From the NCBI RefSeq assembly GCF_009914755.1, contig NC_060930.1: DNA of 64,000 nt; one strand, written 5' to 3'. A program made the position numbers and the translations under genes. Shown here one piece after another: positions 48,777 through 64,000 of the stretch (within the stretch, counting starts at the first letter, position 1; each line of letters starts with the position of its first letter). This stretch comes from the human T2T-CHM13v2.0 reference genome, Homo sapiens. The notes beneath the pieces were generated by a model. That model saw only the letters and a list, made by a program, of their open reading frames with translations, was not told the DNA's origin and did no database searches.

Positions 48777-48965
48777 ATCTAGAACTAGAAATACCATTTG
48801 ACCCAGCCATCCCATTACTGGGTATATACCCAAATGACTATAAATCATGCTGCTATAAAGACACATGCACACGTATGTTTATTGCGGCATTATTCACAAT
48901 AGCAAAGACTTGGAACCAACCCAAATGTCCAACAATGATAGACTGGATTAAGAAAATGTGGCACA
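48777..48965 (+). mobile_element. 5' half of 5'-truncated host L1 (L1PA2-like), split by the L1HS
   Basis: Near-identical to 54443-54631 (ORF2 C-terminal region) and ends in the TSD. Confidence 0.9.
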
Positions 48966-48969
48966 AATT

Positions 48970-49875
48970 GGGGGGAGGAGCCAAGATGGCCGAATAGGAA
49001 CAGCTCCGGTCTACAGCTCCCAGCGTGAGCGACGCAGAAGACGGTGATTTCTGCATTTCCATCTGAGGTACCGGGTTCATCTCACTAGGGAGTGCCAGAC
49101 AGTGGGCGCGGGCCAGTGTGTGTGCGCACCGTGCGCGAGCCGAAGCAGGGCGAGGCATTGCCTCACCTGGGAAGCGCAAGGGGTCAGGGAGTTCCCTTTC
49201 CGAGTCAAAGAAAGGGGTGACGGACGCACCTGGAAAATCGGGTCACTCCCACCCGAATATTGCGCTTTTCAGACCGGCTTAAGAAACGGCGCACCACGAG
49301 ACTATATCCCACACCTGGCTCGGAGGGTCCTACGCCCACGGAATCTCGCTGATTGCTGGCACAGCAGTCTGAGATCAAACTGCAAGGCGGCAACGAGGCT
49401 GGGGGAGGGGCGCCCGCCATTGCCCAGGCTTGCTTAGGTAAACAAAGCAGCCGGGAAGCTCGAACTGGGTGGAGCCCACCACAGCTCAAGGAGGCCTGCC
49501 TGCCTCTGTAGGCTCCACCTCTGGGGGCAGGGCACAGACAAACAAAAAGACAGCAGTAACCTCTGCAGACTTAAGTGTCCCTGTCTGACAGCTTTGAAGA
49601 GAGCAGTGGTTCTCCCAGCACGCAGCTGGAGATCTGAGAACGGGCAGACTGCCTCCTCAAGTGGGTCCCTGACCCCTGACCCCCAAGCAGCCTAACTGGG
49701 AGGAACCCCCCAGCAGGGGCACACTGACACCTCACACGGCAGGGTATTCCAACAGACCTGCAGCTGAGGGTCCTGTCTGTTAGAAGGAAAACTAACAACC
49801 AGAAAGGACATCTACACCGAAAACCCATCTGTACATCACCATCATCAAAGACCAAAAGTAGATAAAACCACAAAG
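48970..49875 (+). promoter_or_regulatory. L1 5'UTR internal sense promoter and antisense promoter, CpG-rich, intact YY1 site
   Basis: YY1 site CAAGATGGCCG at 48982-48992. CpG-dense first ~500 bp. Known L1 5'UTR splice donor CTGAG|GTAC with GT at 49068-49069. Confidence 0.88.
49205..49420 (-). CDS. L1 ORF0: L1 ORF0, antisense 71 aa, intact
   Basis: MAGAPPPASLPPCSLISDCC...VRHPFL from ATG (CAT at 49418-49420) inside the 5'UTR. Confidence 0.85.
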   Translation of the reverse strand: MAGAPPPASLPPCSLISDCCASNQRDSVGVGPSEPGVGYSLVVRRFLSRSEKRNIRVGVTRFSRCVRHPFL

Positions 49876-50892
49876 ATGGGGAAAAAACAGAACAGAAAAA
49901 CTGGAAACTCTAAAACGCAGAGCGCCTCTCCTCCTCCAAAGGAACGCAGTTCCTCACCAGCAACAGAACAAAGCTGGATGGAGAATGATTTTGATGAGCT
50001 GAGAGAAGAAGGCTTCAGACGATCAAATTACTCTGAGCTACGGGAGGACATTCAAACCAAAGGCAAAGAAGTTGAAAACTTTGAAAAAAATTTAGAAGAA
50101 TGTATAACTAGAATAACCAATACAGAGAAGTGCTTAAAGGAGCTGATGGAGCTGAAAACCAAGGCTCGAGAACTACGTGAAGAATGCAGAAGCCTCAGGA
50201 GCCGATGCGATCAACTGGAAGAAAGGGTATCAGCAATGGAAGATGAAATGAATGAAATGAAGCGAGAAGGGAAGTTTAGAGAAAAAAGAATAAAAAGAAA
50301 TGAGCAAAGCCTCCAAGAAATATGGGACTATGTGAAAAGACCAAATCTACGTCTGATTGGTGTACCTGAAAGTGACGGGGAGAATGGAACCAAGTTGGAA
50401 AACACTCTGCAGGATATTATCCAGGAGAACTTCCCCAATCTAGCAAGGCAGGCCAACGTTCAGATTCAGGAAATACAGAGAACGCCACAAAGATACTCCT
50501 CGAGAAGAGCAACTCCAAGACACATAATTGTCAGATTCACCAAAGTTGAAATGAAGGAAAAAATGTTAAGGGCAGCCAGAGAGAAAGGTCGGGTTACCCT
50601 CAAAGGAAAGCCCATCAGACTAACAGCGGATCTCTCGGCAGAAACCTTACAAGCCAGAAGAGAGTGGGGGCCAATATTCAACATTCTTAAAGAAAAGAAT
50701 TTTCAACCCAGAATTTCATATCCAGCCAAACTAAGCTTCATAAGTGAAGGAGAAATAAAATACTTTATAGACAAGCAAATGTTGAGAGATTTTGTCACCA
50801 CCAGGCCTGCCCTAAAAGAGCTCCTGAAGGAAGCGCTAAACATGGAAAGGAACAACCGGTACCAGCCGCTGCAAAATCATGCCAAAATGTAA
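49876..50892 (+). CDS. L1 ORF1: L1 ORF1p, intact, 338 aa
   Basis: MGKKQNRK start, coiled coil, REKG, ARR and YPAKLS motifs, canonical length. Confidence 0.97.
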   Translation: MGKKQNRKTGNSKTQSASPPPKERSSSPATEQSWMENDFDELREEGFRRSNYSELREDIQTKGKEVENFEKNLEECITRITNTEKCLKELMELKTKARELREECRSLRSRCDQLEERVSAMEDEMNEMKREGKFREKRIKRNEQSLQEIWDYVKRPNLRLIGVPESDGENGTKLENTLQDIIQENFPNLARQANVQIQEIQRTPQRYSSRRATPRHIIVRFTKVEMKEKMLRAAREKGRVTLKGKPIRLTADLSAETLQARREWGPIFNILKEKNFQPRISYPAKLSFISEGEIKYFIDKQMLRDFVTTRPALKELLKEALNMERNNRYQPLQNHAKM

Positions 50893-50931
50893 AGACCATC
50901 GAGACTAGGAAGAAACTGCATCAACTAATGA

Positions 50932-54783
<3,852 letters not shown>

Positions 54784-55016
54784 ACAATGAGATCACATGG
54801 ACACAGGAAGGGGAATATCACACTCTGGGGACTGTGGTGGGGTCGGGGGAGGGGGGAGGGATAGCATTGGGAGATATACCTAATGCTAGATGACACATTA
54901 GTGGGTGCAGCGCACCAGCATGGCACATGTATACATATGTAACTAACCTGCACAATGTGCACATGTACCCTAAAACTTAGAGTATAATAAAAAAAAAAAA
55001 AAAAAAAAAAAAGTTT

Positions 55017-55050
<34 letters not shown>

Positions 55051-55054
<4 letters not shown>

Positions 55055-55433
55055 AAATGTGGCACATATACACCATGGAATACTATGCAGCCATAAAAAA
55101 ATGATGAGTTCATGTCTTTTGTAGGGACATGGATGAAATTGGAAATCATCATTCTCAGTAAACTATCGCAAGAACAAAAAACCAAACACCGCATATTCTC
55201 ACTCATAGGTGGGAATTGAACAATGAGATCACATGGACACAGGAAGGAGAATATCACACTCTGGGGACTGTGGTGGGGTGGGGGGAGGGGGGAGGGATAG
55301 CATTGGCAGATATACCTAATGCTAGATGACGAGTTAGTGGGTGCAGCGCACCAGCATGGCACACGTATACATATGTAACTAACCTGCACATTGTGCACAT
55401 GTACCCTAAAACTTAAAGTATAATAAAAAAAAA
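55051..55433 (+). mobile_element. 3' half of host L1PA2-like element with short poly(A)
   Basis: Continues colinearly from the TSD. Non-Ta diagnostics GATGAC-GAG-TTAG and CTTAA-AGTAT. Confidence 0.9.
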
Positions 55434-55560
55434 TTTTTTTTATAGAGATTGGGTCTAGCTTTGTTGCCCAGGCATTTCTCAAATTCCTAGGCTCAAGTGA
55501 TTCACCCACCTTGGCCTCTCAAAGTGCTGAAATTACAGGCATGTGCCACTGTGCCTGGCC
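55434..55560 (-). mobile_element. AluJ left arm (other half of the 48592-48776 element)
   Basis: TTTTTTATAGAGATTGGGTCT...CCACTGTGCCTGGCC. Degenerate TSD TGATTGAGGAATTT / TGATGGTGGAACTTT around the whole Alu. Confidence 0.85.
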
Positions 55561-57499
55561 TGATGGTGGAACTTTGAGTAGTTAGCTTGTGATTTTGTTT
55601 TGAGGGGCATTCCAAGAGATCAATCCAAGACCCCACAACCATCCCTCTTCCAACTATTTTGTAGCAGAAAACTCCATTATTTAACCTTTTTGTCTAAAAG
55701 ACTGTGCTGTTTGTTATTTTCTACTCAACTCTGACACAAGAAGCCACGATGTACAAACATCATTAAAAAAAAAAATAGTGACCCTTGAAATTTTGCAAAA
55801 TTTTATAGCTCCTCTATTATAGAGTGGAATCAAAAAGGCAGTTTCACTAAAAGGGGGACAATTGTGTTGTGGGGACAACAAAGAGTTTTTTAACTGTAAA
55901 ACTATATGACTTACTGTCCTTCTTTGACACTGGTACATGCTGTCATGAACTGCTAATTTATATTTATGTATAACTTACTTTCTAAATTGATTATACATTC
56001 ATTGAAGTCAAGAACTGTGAATTTATGTTCAACAGTGTAGTGTGATGTCAAAATGTGTATAAACAAGCCTCCAACCTACTAGACTAGCAAAACATTGAAT
56101 TTCAGTCATTATTAGGGCTCCCTCTTGGACAACCCCCGTGTTTTTTGGAGGCTCTTAATCAGTCCATCGTTCTCAGAACAACTCTCCTGGCTTTAATATC
56201 CATGCCACTAACTTCATAAGGACTTGGTGGTGCCCATGTGCTAAGGTTGACGAAGGGAACGCGTGATGGCACTGATCTGTTTTCTGTGCCAAAGGCGTCA
56301 AGGGAAACAGAGGCCATGCTTATTGTTTTCAGCACCTATGCCCTTCCACCGTTGCACACACATCCTAAAGCAATCCTCCTGTTGGAAGTCCTGCATGCAA
56401 ACTATCCTGGCCTCTGCCCTGCTTTTATCTCAGAGAAAGCCCTCACCTGCTCTCAGAACCTACCACTTGGAGTTTTAAAACTTTAAAACAATAGCTTCCA
56501 TCCTTTCCTCCTCTGGAAAAATCCAGTTCTATTTGCCTAGACTTCATAAAGGAAATCCAGGAAGAAAGGTAGAATTTTCTCCTAGATTCTCATTACTTTG
56601 GGAATGGGAGAAGAAAAAATACCAAATAGAAAAATGTGAATTTCTGCACTAATTAGAAGGATTTCTCTACATTCCACTATTATGATTTACTTGTTCAACA
56701 AATACATATTAATTTGTACAAATGTCATCAATAATTGCTTGTTTAAATTATTTATTTTGCATTCATAGCATGATATTTAGATTTTCAGACATTTATAGAA
56801 TAATATTTAGTTTTTTAGGCATTCATCTTTGTTTCTTTCGAAATATATGCTATTAATCACCCAAACAACTTTTTTACAAATTGAATTTTAGAGTTTCTTG
56901 AATTGAATGTACAATTATTAAAATAATGCAACAATTATTATATAGTGAAACAATGAAAAAAAACAGAACCTCATATCCTGGGAGAAAGTTTCAATATCAA
57001 TGCTTTTCTTTTGATAGCATTGTGTATTTTACAATACTCTCCATTTTCCATGTGGATAATTTAAATCTGTGATTTGTGATCATATATTTTGTTAACCTCA
57101 CTAGTCAATAAGAATATATTGTTAATTCTAAAATCGAAGTGTACAAATAAATTTCACAAAAAGGTTTTACATTTGCAGTCCCACATTTACTGTAAGACCA
57201 TTTAATAAAATATGTATTTCCATTTATTATTCATAATAGAACACTGTCACAAATCTTAAAGCATTAAAACATCAGATACAAAAAATAAATGTGCTGTTTA
57301 TGGTTTCACTACCAGTATCTTGCTTCCAAAGGCACATTTTATTATGAGGACAGCATCTTGACAACATGAGATATCAGAGTAATGTAAGGGGAATATGAAT
57401 TGAGAAAAGGGCATTAAGGTTGTATTTTAAGAGAACAATTTAATAGAACAGTGCAGGTTATGGAATAGGTAGATTTTAAGGACGTAGGAGTGAGGAATG

Positions 57500-57587
57500 C
57501 CCTCTCTCCCTTTCCTCCTTCCTTCCCTCCCTCCCTTCCTCCCTCCCTCCCTTCCTTCCTTCCTTCCTTCCTTCCTTCCTTCCTTCC
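57500..57587 (+). repeat. (TTCC)n/(CCCT)n polypyrimidine microsatellite
   Basis: Read directly. Confidence 0.93.
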
Positions 57588-58475
57588 ATAATATTGGCTG
57601 ATAAAATAAGGAGCATTGCAGGAAATAAGTTGGAGAAGTTGACAGGGACCTGAGTTGGACTTTTTCTTCCAGAGCAGAGTAAGAGAATCTTATCTGTAAG
57701 TAAAGGAAGAAACCCAGAAAGAAAAAATATTTGAAGATTAAGAGAGTTATAGACTGAGAAAAAGCAAGCTCTTTCTTCTCTCATTATACTCCCTACTGGG
57801 ACGTCTATACCAGTAGTTTAAACAAGACCTGCTGCTGAAACAAAAAAGGAATTTCTAAAGCACATGAGAGGAGGGCATAGATGGGTACAGGTCACCAAGG
57901 GCCAGCATTGAGAAGGATGTGATTCCCTGTAGAGTTTGGAGTGATGGCTGTGTGAATGGCCTCATGAGCTTTGGGATGAAGCACTTGGTGAAAAGCTGCC
58001 CCAGGCCACTTAGGTATGTCCCTCTGGGAGAAGAACATGGTGCCCTGGTGGCTGTCTTCCTTAGGACCTACTCCAAGATCCCCCATGGAGAAAGTGAGAA
58101 GCTAGAGATCTCACCGTCATACCTCAGTGGAGAAGTCTCATCCAACCAACTCACTTGCCATGACCAACTAGAAAAGGAATAATTGCTGCCTGCCCACCTG
58201 TCACAGCCAGGAGACCTTCAATTCTATGTAGCCCTGATTTGCTATTCAATGCTATTTGATGAGACAGAACTGAATCTGAATCTTTTTCTTTCTAATATTA
58301 AATCATTCATACATACAAAACAGTATTATAAAACATACATGTAAGGTGTAAAGAAAAAATAAACTACATCATGTAACCCCTCCGCCACTAGCTTAAGAAA
58401 TAAAACGATTTTAGGAATTTCGGGTCCTAGAGAGTTTGGGAAAAGTTTAGATATGTATTAAGCATATGTATGTGA

Positions 58476-58476
<1 letters not shown>

Positions 58477-58526
<50 letters not shown>

Positions 58527-58577
58527 CATGTGTGTATATATGTATATACATATATGTATACACACACATACACACAC
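58477..58577 (+). repeat. (TA)n of about 23 units followed by mixed TG/TA/CA repeat
   Basis: Read directly. Confidence 0.95.
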
Positions 58578-59828
58578 AAAGAGAACTCAATAAGATTAAC
58601 TAGTAAGTTTAATCTACTGGATAGATATACATATGTTATATGCAATTAAGTTTATCATTGTCATGTGCAAAATAAAATGAATACTTTTTACTAGTAGTTT
58701 ACACTCTGTAGTAATGCTTTTAAATTTAAGCTCTATACCAGTTTTTGTTTTTTTGCTTTTCTGTTTGTTTTTCTTAATAATTCCCTGAGATCTCTTTTTT
58801 CTATCCTTTTATTTCAAACATTCTGTGCCTTTATATTTTGGGTATATCTCTTCAAAACTTCATTTAGCTGGATTTTTAAAATCTAATGTGATGATCTTTG
58901 TCTTTTGATGATACTTCTTGTAATGTATAACATTTGTGATTCCTCATGTGTTAGATTTTTTTTTACCATGTCATACTGTAATATTTAAATGTTCTGCTTT
59001 GTCTATGTTTATGTATTTATTTATTTTAACTCTTATCTTCTTTTAGATTGACTTTTTTCTCATTCCGTATTTTTTCCGCTACTGGTTTGGATATCATACA
59101 CTCTATTTCAATTATTTTTGGTGAATACCTAACTAAAATTTTATTTTCAATCACTTCTACAGGAGTTAAAACTGAAGTTCTTGGTCACAGAACCTCAGTA
59201 CATGTTTCTTGGCATCTGCTTCAGAGATATGTTACTTTTCTGAATTACTGCTTCTCTTTCATTTTTGTCCTTTGAGAATTTGCATACTTTCCAGCTCAAA
59301 CGTACATTAAAAGTTACCTTTTTAAATATTACACCCAGAATTTTCAGTGTTTTGTGAAGTAGGATGTATTAGGATATGTTGTCCTCAATATGAACTTGTT
59401 TGTTAAGTTGTATGGACTTTTTTCTCAAAACAGACTAAGAAAAATAATACCTATATGTATAAATTTTCCATTCAGCAAATATGGGTGTGTATTGGCTGCT
59501 ACGAAGGAAGTGTATGCCTGAACTATTTGCTAAACTGCATTTCCAATATTGTTTACTGTTTGGTAGAAGAGAGGTGTTATGTACGGTAATAAAACATAGT
59601 AAAAATATTAAATGGTCTATGAGTGACCCAAATGAAATGCTATGAGATTGCAATAGAGTAAGGTTTTATCTCAGTGGTCAGTGCCCTGCCTGTATATATT
59701 GCACAAAGATTTCCTGAAACAGGTTCCCTTTTGATTGCACCATATAAAATTCCCGTATGTTTGAATTTAAAAACACACAGAGGCTTTGGTTTTCAAGCCA
59801 TTATATCTTAGCATAAAGCACGTACTAA

Positions 59829-60050
59829 TGAGGAATTGACAAACTGCTGTATGGGCAAAATCTGGACTACTATCTGTTTTTGTAAATAAAGTTTCATTGG
59901 AGCATATTTACATTCATTCATTTACATACTATCTGTGGCTACTTTCCTACTACAGCAGAAATGAGCAGTTGCAAAAGAAACTACATGACCCTCAAAGTCT
60001 AAAATATTTACAATCTGGCTTTATTCCAAAAAGTTTGCCAACACTCATAC
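59829..60050. mobile_element. MER58A-type hAT-Charlie element
   Basis: TGTTTTTGTAAATAAAGTTTCATTGGAGCAT...AAAATATTTACAATCTGGC..AAAAAGTTTGCCAAC. Confidence 0.75.
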
Positions 60051-60234
60051 TACATCATGTTCTATATTTTAGAATAAGTGTATAGGGAAACTTTTTCCTT
60101 AGCCTAGTTTTCTCCTTCTCATTTATATTTACTTAAATAGATTTGATTTGGTGGTTCTCACAATAAATATTTATTTATGTACTCTCTGCTTAGAGTTTCC
60201 TTGGTTAGATATATTTCCTTGCTCTTATTACTTA

Positions 60235-60564
<330 letters not shown>

Positions 60565-62250
60565 CTTCCTTAAAATAATTTTCTTTAGTGGAAGAAGTAA
60601 GATTGCCGGTGCCATTTTGCATGATAACTTTTGAAATAACAAGTGCCCACAGTTGTTTTCTACTAGCTTGACCCTAGATTAATTATACTTAAAGTATAAA
60701 AAGTTCAGTGTATCAAATAACTCTTCGATAAATTGACCAGATATTCTTGCATTCATTAAATGAAATATCACATATATTCCTTTATGAAGTGATATTAGCT
60801 GGCCTTTAAATTGGGAAATATTTCAGATCCTAAACTACACTGTTATGTGCTGGTGCTTGGATGTTTGCTTTAATTATTGGAATTAAATAGAAAAGGTGCC
60901 AACTGGCAAAGCAGCAAAGGGATTTGAGAATTTTTAAAGTAATCACAGAAGTTCTGCTTAAGAGCTATTAAGGTTAAAAAGAAAATATAATGAAGTCTCA
61001 ATACCTCAAACACTGCAGTACCTGGACCTAACTTATTTGATTCTATTTCCAGGGAGTATCAGTTCCTCACAGTTATCTTAGATTGAGAACATCAAACTAA
61101 CTGCCTGAATTAACAAAAGCATCTGTGTACTCTGTGTCCTAGGGAATACTCAAATCCAAAAAACTAGCTCAGATACCCAGATGAATTTGAGCAGGAGTCC
61201 CTCTTTTGGCGAAATAGCCAATGACTATTGGCTAGGCTCAGGACAACTCTCAGTTCTCATTTTCAAAACCAAGACATCCTTCCACTGGGGCATTCACTGG
61301 ATGTTCTTGTGTTCTATTCAGAACAGCAAACAGTTCTATTTATAGAGATTTAAGATTGGGATTTGAACTGATGTCGATGGGAGGAGACTTTAATCACATT
61401 AAATGTGAACATTCTAATGGGAGGTTTCCCTAGACAACTTTAGTTGTCCCCACAGTCAGTAGTTAATCAGGAGTGGTTGCTAGCAAGCTTCATACATATT
61501 ACCTGGTTAAAATAATGAAAAATTGAACTATGTAAAAATCTGCATATCTACAAGGTAAGATTTAGAACTTTTGATGTGAACTGCAAGAACTAGGAGCTCA
61601 AATATAATGTAAAAGCTAACATTCTGTGTACTGTATTAAATTAGATACTTGATCCCAAATAGATAAGTAGCCTCCAGGAATGGGGGATAGAAGACAGATT
61701 GCCCAGCAACATAGTCTAAAACAGTATTTGTCAAAGTATGCATCATGCTCAAATACTGGGTCATGGAATCAATTTATTGTGACAAACTTATTTTTGAATT
61801 ATATTCAGTATTAAAGTTAGAATAGGATAGAAAATAGTAGAGTACATCATATGTATTTAGGCTAAATATTTTGTGTAATTTTTGTTTCAGTTATATGCAC
61901 ACATGACTGTAGTTGTAAAGTGTTGAGCTCTCAGTTGAAATATTTTGAAACATCTAAAAGAAACAGGCATGGAATAGATACTCAAATTTCATTGCTGGCG
62001 ACAAACAGGGCTTATGTAGCTTCTACATACACATAGTTCAGTGCTAATAAGCAAAACAGGGATTATGGAATCATGCTAATACATATCCTACCTTTGAAGG
62101 TAAGGTTAGTGGGGAAAATAGTTTTGTATGTTTTGCTTTAGTTCAAAGAGCTATGCTTCCTTTTTGTTAGGAAATATTCCTTGTTTTGTTTGTTCTTGGT
62201 TTTGTCTTCCACTATTTACTTAGTTTGCTACCATTTTCTCTTTTGCCTAG

Positions 62251-62464
62251 GAGATTGCATCAACAGTTTGAAAGCTATAAGGAACAAGTGAGAAAAATAG
62301 GGGAAGAAGCGCGGCGTTACCAGGGCGAGCACAAAGACGATGCTCCGACTTGTGGAATCTGTCATAAAACAAAGTTTGCTGATGGGTGCGGTCATCTCTG
62401 CTCCTATTGTCGCACTAAGTTCTGTGCGCGCTGCGGAGGCCGCGTGTCTCTACGGTCAAACAAC
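62251..62464 (+). CDS. RIMS1: Internal coding exon (214 nt) of RIMS1: Rab3-binding helix end plus N-terminal part of the zinc finger
   Basis: Translation RLHQQFESYKEQVRKIGEEARRYQGEHKDDAPTCGICHKTKFADGCGHLCSYCRTKFCARCGGRVSLRSNN matches RIM1alpha as I recall it, with three CxxC pairs. Polypyrimidine tract plus acceptor ttttgcctag|G at 62250 and donor AAC|gtgagt at 62465. Locally high GC/CpG. Implies the rest of the window is RIMS1 intron. Confidence 0.96.
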
Positions 62465-63591
62465 GTGAGTATTCCATGAACATAAGGGGCGTTGTGAATG
62501 TGGATAAAAACTATTACGCCTTCCAAACATGAGAACACGTGCATCTTAGAAAGCAGACATGTGCATAAACATACACATTAAAATGAACCTCCCTCATTTT
62601 GTTCATGTCCTTAATAAGGTAGTGGAATGCTGATGAAAGTAATTCCTAAAAAGAACTTACTTTATCTTTGTTTCTTAATACATGATTCCAATTCAAAACC
62701 AACAGATTACCTGTGAGAATTCATTTGGTTTTTGAAAAATGCAGTTAATGTAGATTTAATATTATCATAAATTATAAAACTCTTGAAAGTTATGACCAAT
62801 TCTTTTAAAAAAGTTAACTACTTTTGATTTCTGTAACATTAGTATTCAGATTGAATGCACGTAAAATGCAAAATAACTGAATGTCATATATTAAGCAATG
62901 ATTAGCCTCTATGAGAGTAAATTCAGATTTACTGATATGTTAAAGAAATACAGTGGCAAGCTTATCTCATGGAAATTATTTAGATATTTAAAGTCTATTG
63001 AGATTTGCACTTCTCATTTTCTTCTCTATAAGATATATTCTTACCTGATGATGTTTCCTTATTTGGCTTAAATAAGAGCTACCTACTCCTGTTATGCCAG
63101 TACTTTAAATAAATGCAATTTTTGAAGCGTTAAGATGCTAATATGATAGGAACCAATATTATTATTTATGAAATACTAGAGTAATTCTAATAAATATTTA
63201 GTTTAGAATACATTTTAATGTTATACTTTATCATATTCTCTAAAATAGTGCAGTATAATTATTTATAGGGAAATCTTGATAGATTTCCTTGATAGAGATC
63301 TGCAGCTTAATGTAGAACAGTTACAAGCATGTAGCTAAAGAATTCCCAGTGTTCCTGTAAAGAATTTGTCATATTATCTAATCATTAATAGATTATAATA
63401 CGAAGTCATGTTTAAAAATAACACGAAATCTTTAAGCCCTCTTGATATTTCTCTATTTTGCACATTACAGTTAAATTTAAAACAAACCTCCCAATCAACA
63501 TTATATTCTTTAGTAGTCTAGTTGAGTTACAAGTCAGATATTCTAAACTTTATTCCAGTGGACTTAAGACACTGAGTATGATCAATATATC

Positions 63592-63895
63592 TTTTTTTTT
63601 TTTTTCTTTTTTTTCTTGAGACAGAGTCTTGCTCTGTCACCCAGGCTGGATTGCAGTGGCATTTGGCTCACCGCCATCTCCACCTCCTGGATTCAAGTGC
63701 TTCTCCCACCTCAGCCTCCCGAGTAGCTGAGATTACAGGTGGCTGCCACCATGCCTAGCTAATTTTTGTATTTTCAGTAGAGACGGGGTTTCACCATGTT
63801 GACCAGGCTGATCTCGAACTCCTGACCTCAGGTGATCCGCCCGTCTCGGCTTCCCAAAGGGCTGGGATTACAGGTGTGAGCCACTGCACCTGGCC
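63592..63895 (-). mobile_element. AluSx-like
   Basis: Perfect TSD GATCAATATATCTT at 63580-63593 and 63896-63909. Confidence 0.93.
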
Positions 63896-64000
63896 GATCA
63901 ATATATCTTATACTTTAAGGTGAGACTGTTACTACCTCTGTGGCTTTAGGAAGATAACTTCTCTGAACAGTTTCTTTACCTATGAAGACTGGATAGTAAT

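Noticed and set aside
62186-62479. 97-aa ORF as a standalone gene
   Set aside because: The N-terminal 22 residues are translated polypyrimidine tract and the C-terminal VSIP is intron; only 62251-62464 is exon.

Overview
AT-rich, repeat-dense primate DNA, almost certainly human (L1HS-Ta present). It is mostly a long intron of RIMS1 (+ strand), with one internal coding exon at 62251-62464 encoding the Rab3-binding helix and the first part of the zinc finger. The most striking structure is a four-layer nest at about 48.2-55.7 kb. An LTR33-like ERVL LTR was split by an antisense AluJ, which was split by a 5'-truncated L1PA2-like LINE, which was split by a full-length L1HS Ta-1d. The L1HS has a perfect 16-bp TSD, an intact ORF1 and ORF0, a single ORF2 nonsense codon (E783*), extra 5' bases, and an 11-nt 3' tag GTTTTAAATTT between two poly(A) tracts. 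The rest is ordinary interspersed repeat: about 14 Alus (one AluYd-type), older L1s (one probably 5'-inverted), a near-complete HSMAR2 mariner, MLT1 LTRs, and MIR/L2/L3/MER fragments. There are also a few small rearrangement scars: an 18-bp hairpin at an L1 junction, a 64-bp local duplication, and a T-box-like palindrome. I found no evidence for a wholly new multi-gene system. Subfamily calls rest on remembered consensus sequences, and the boundaries of old repeats are approximate.
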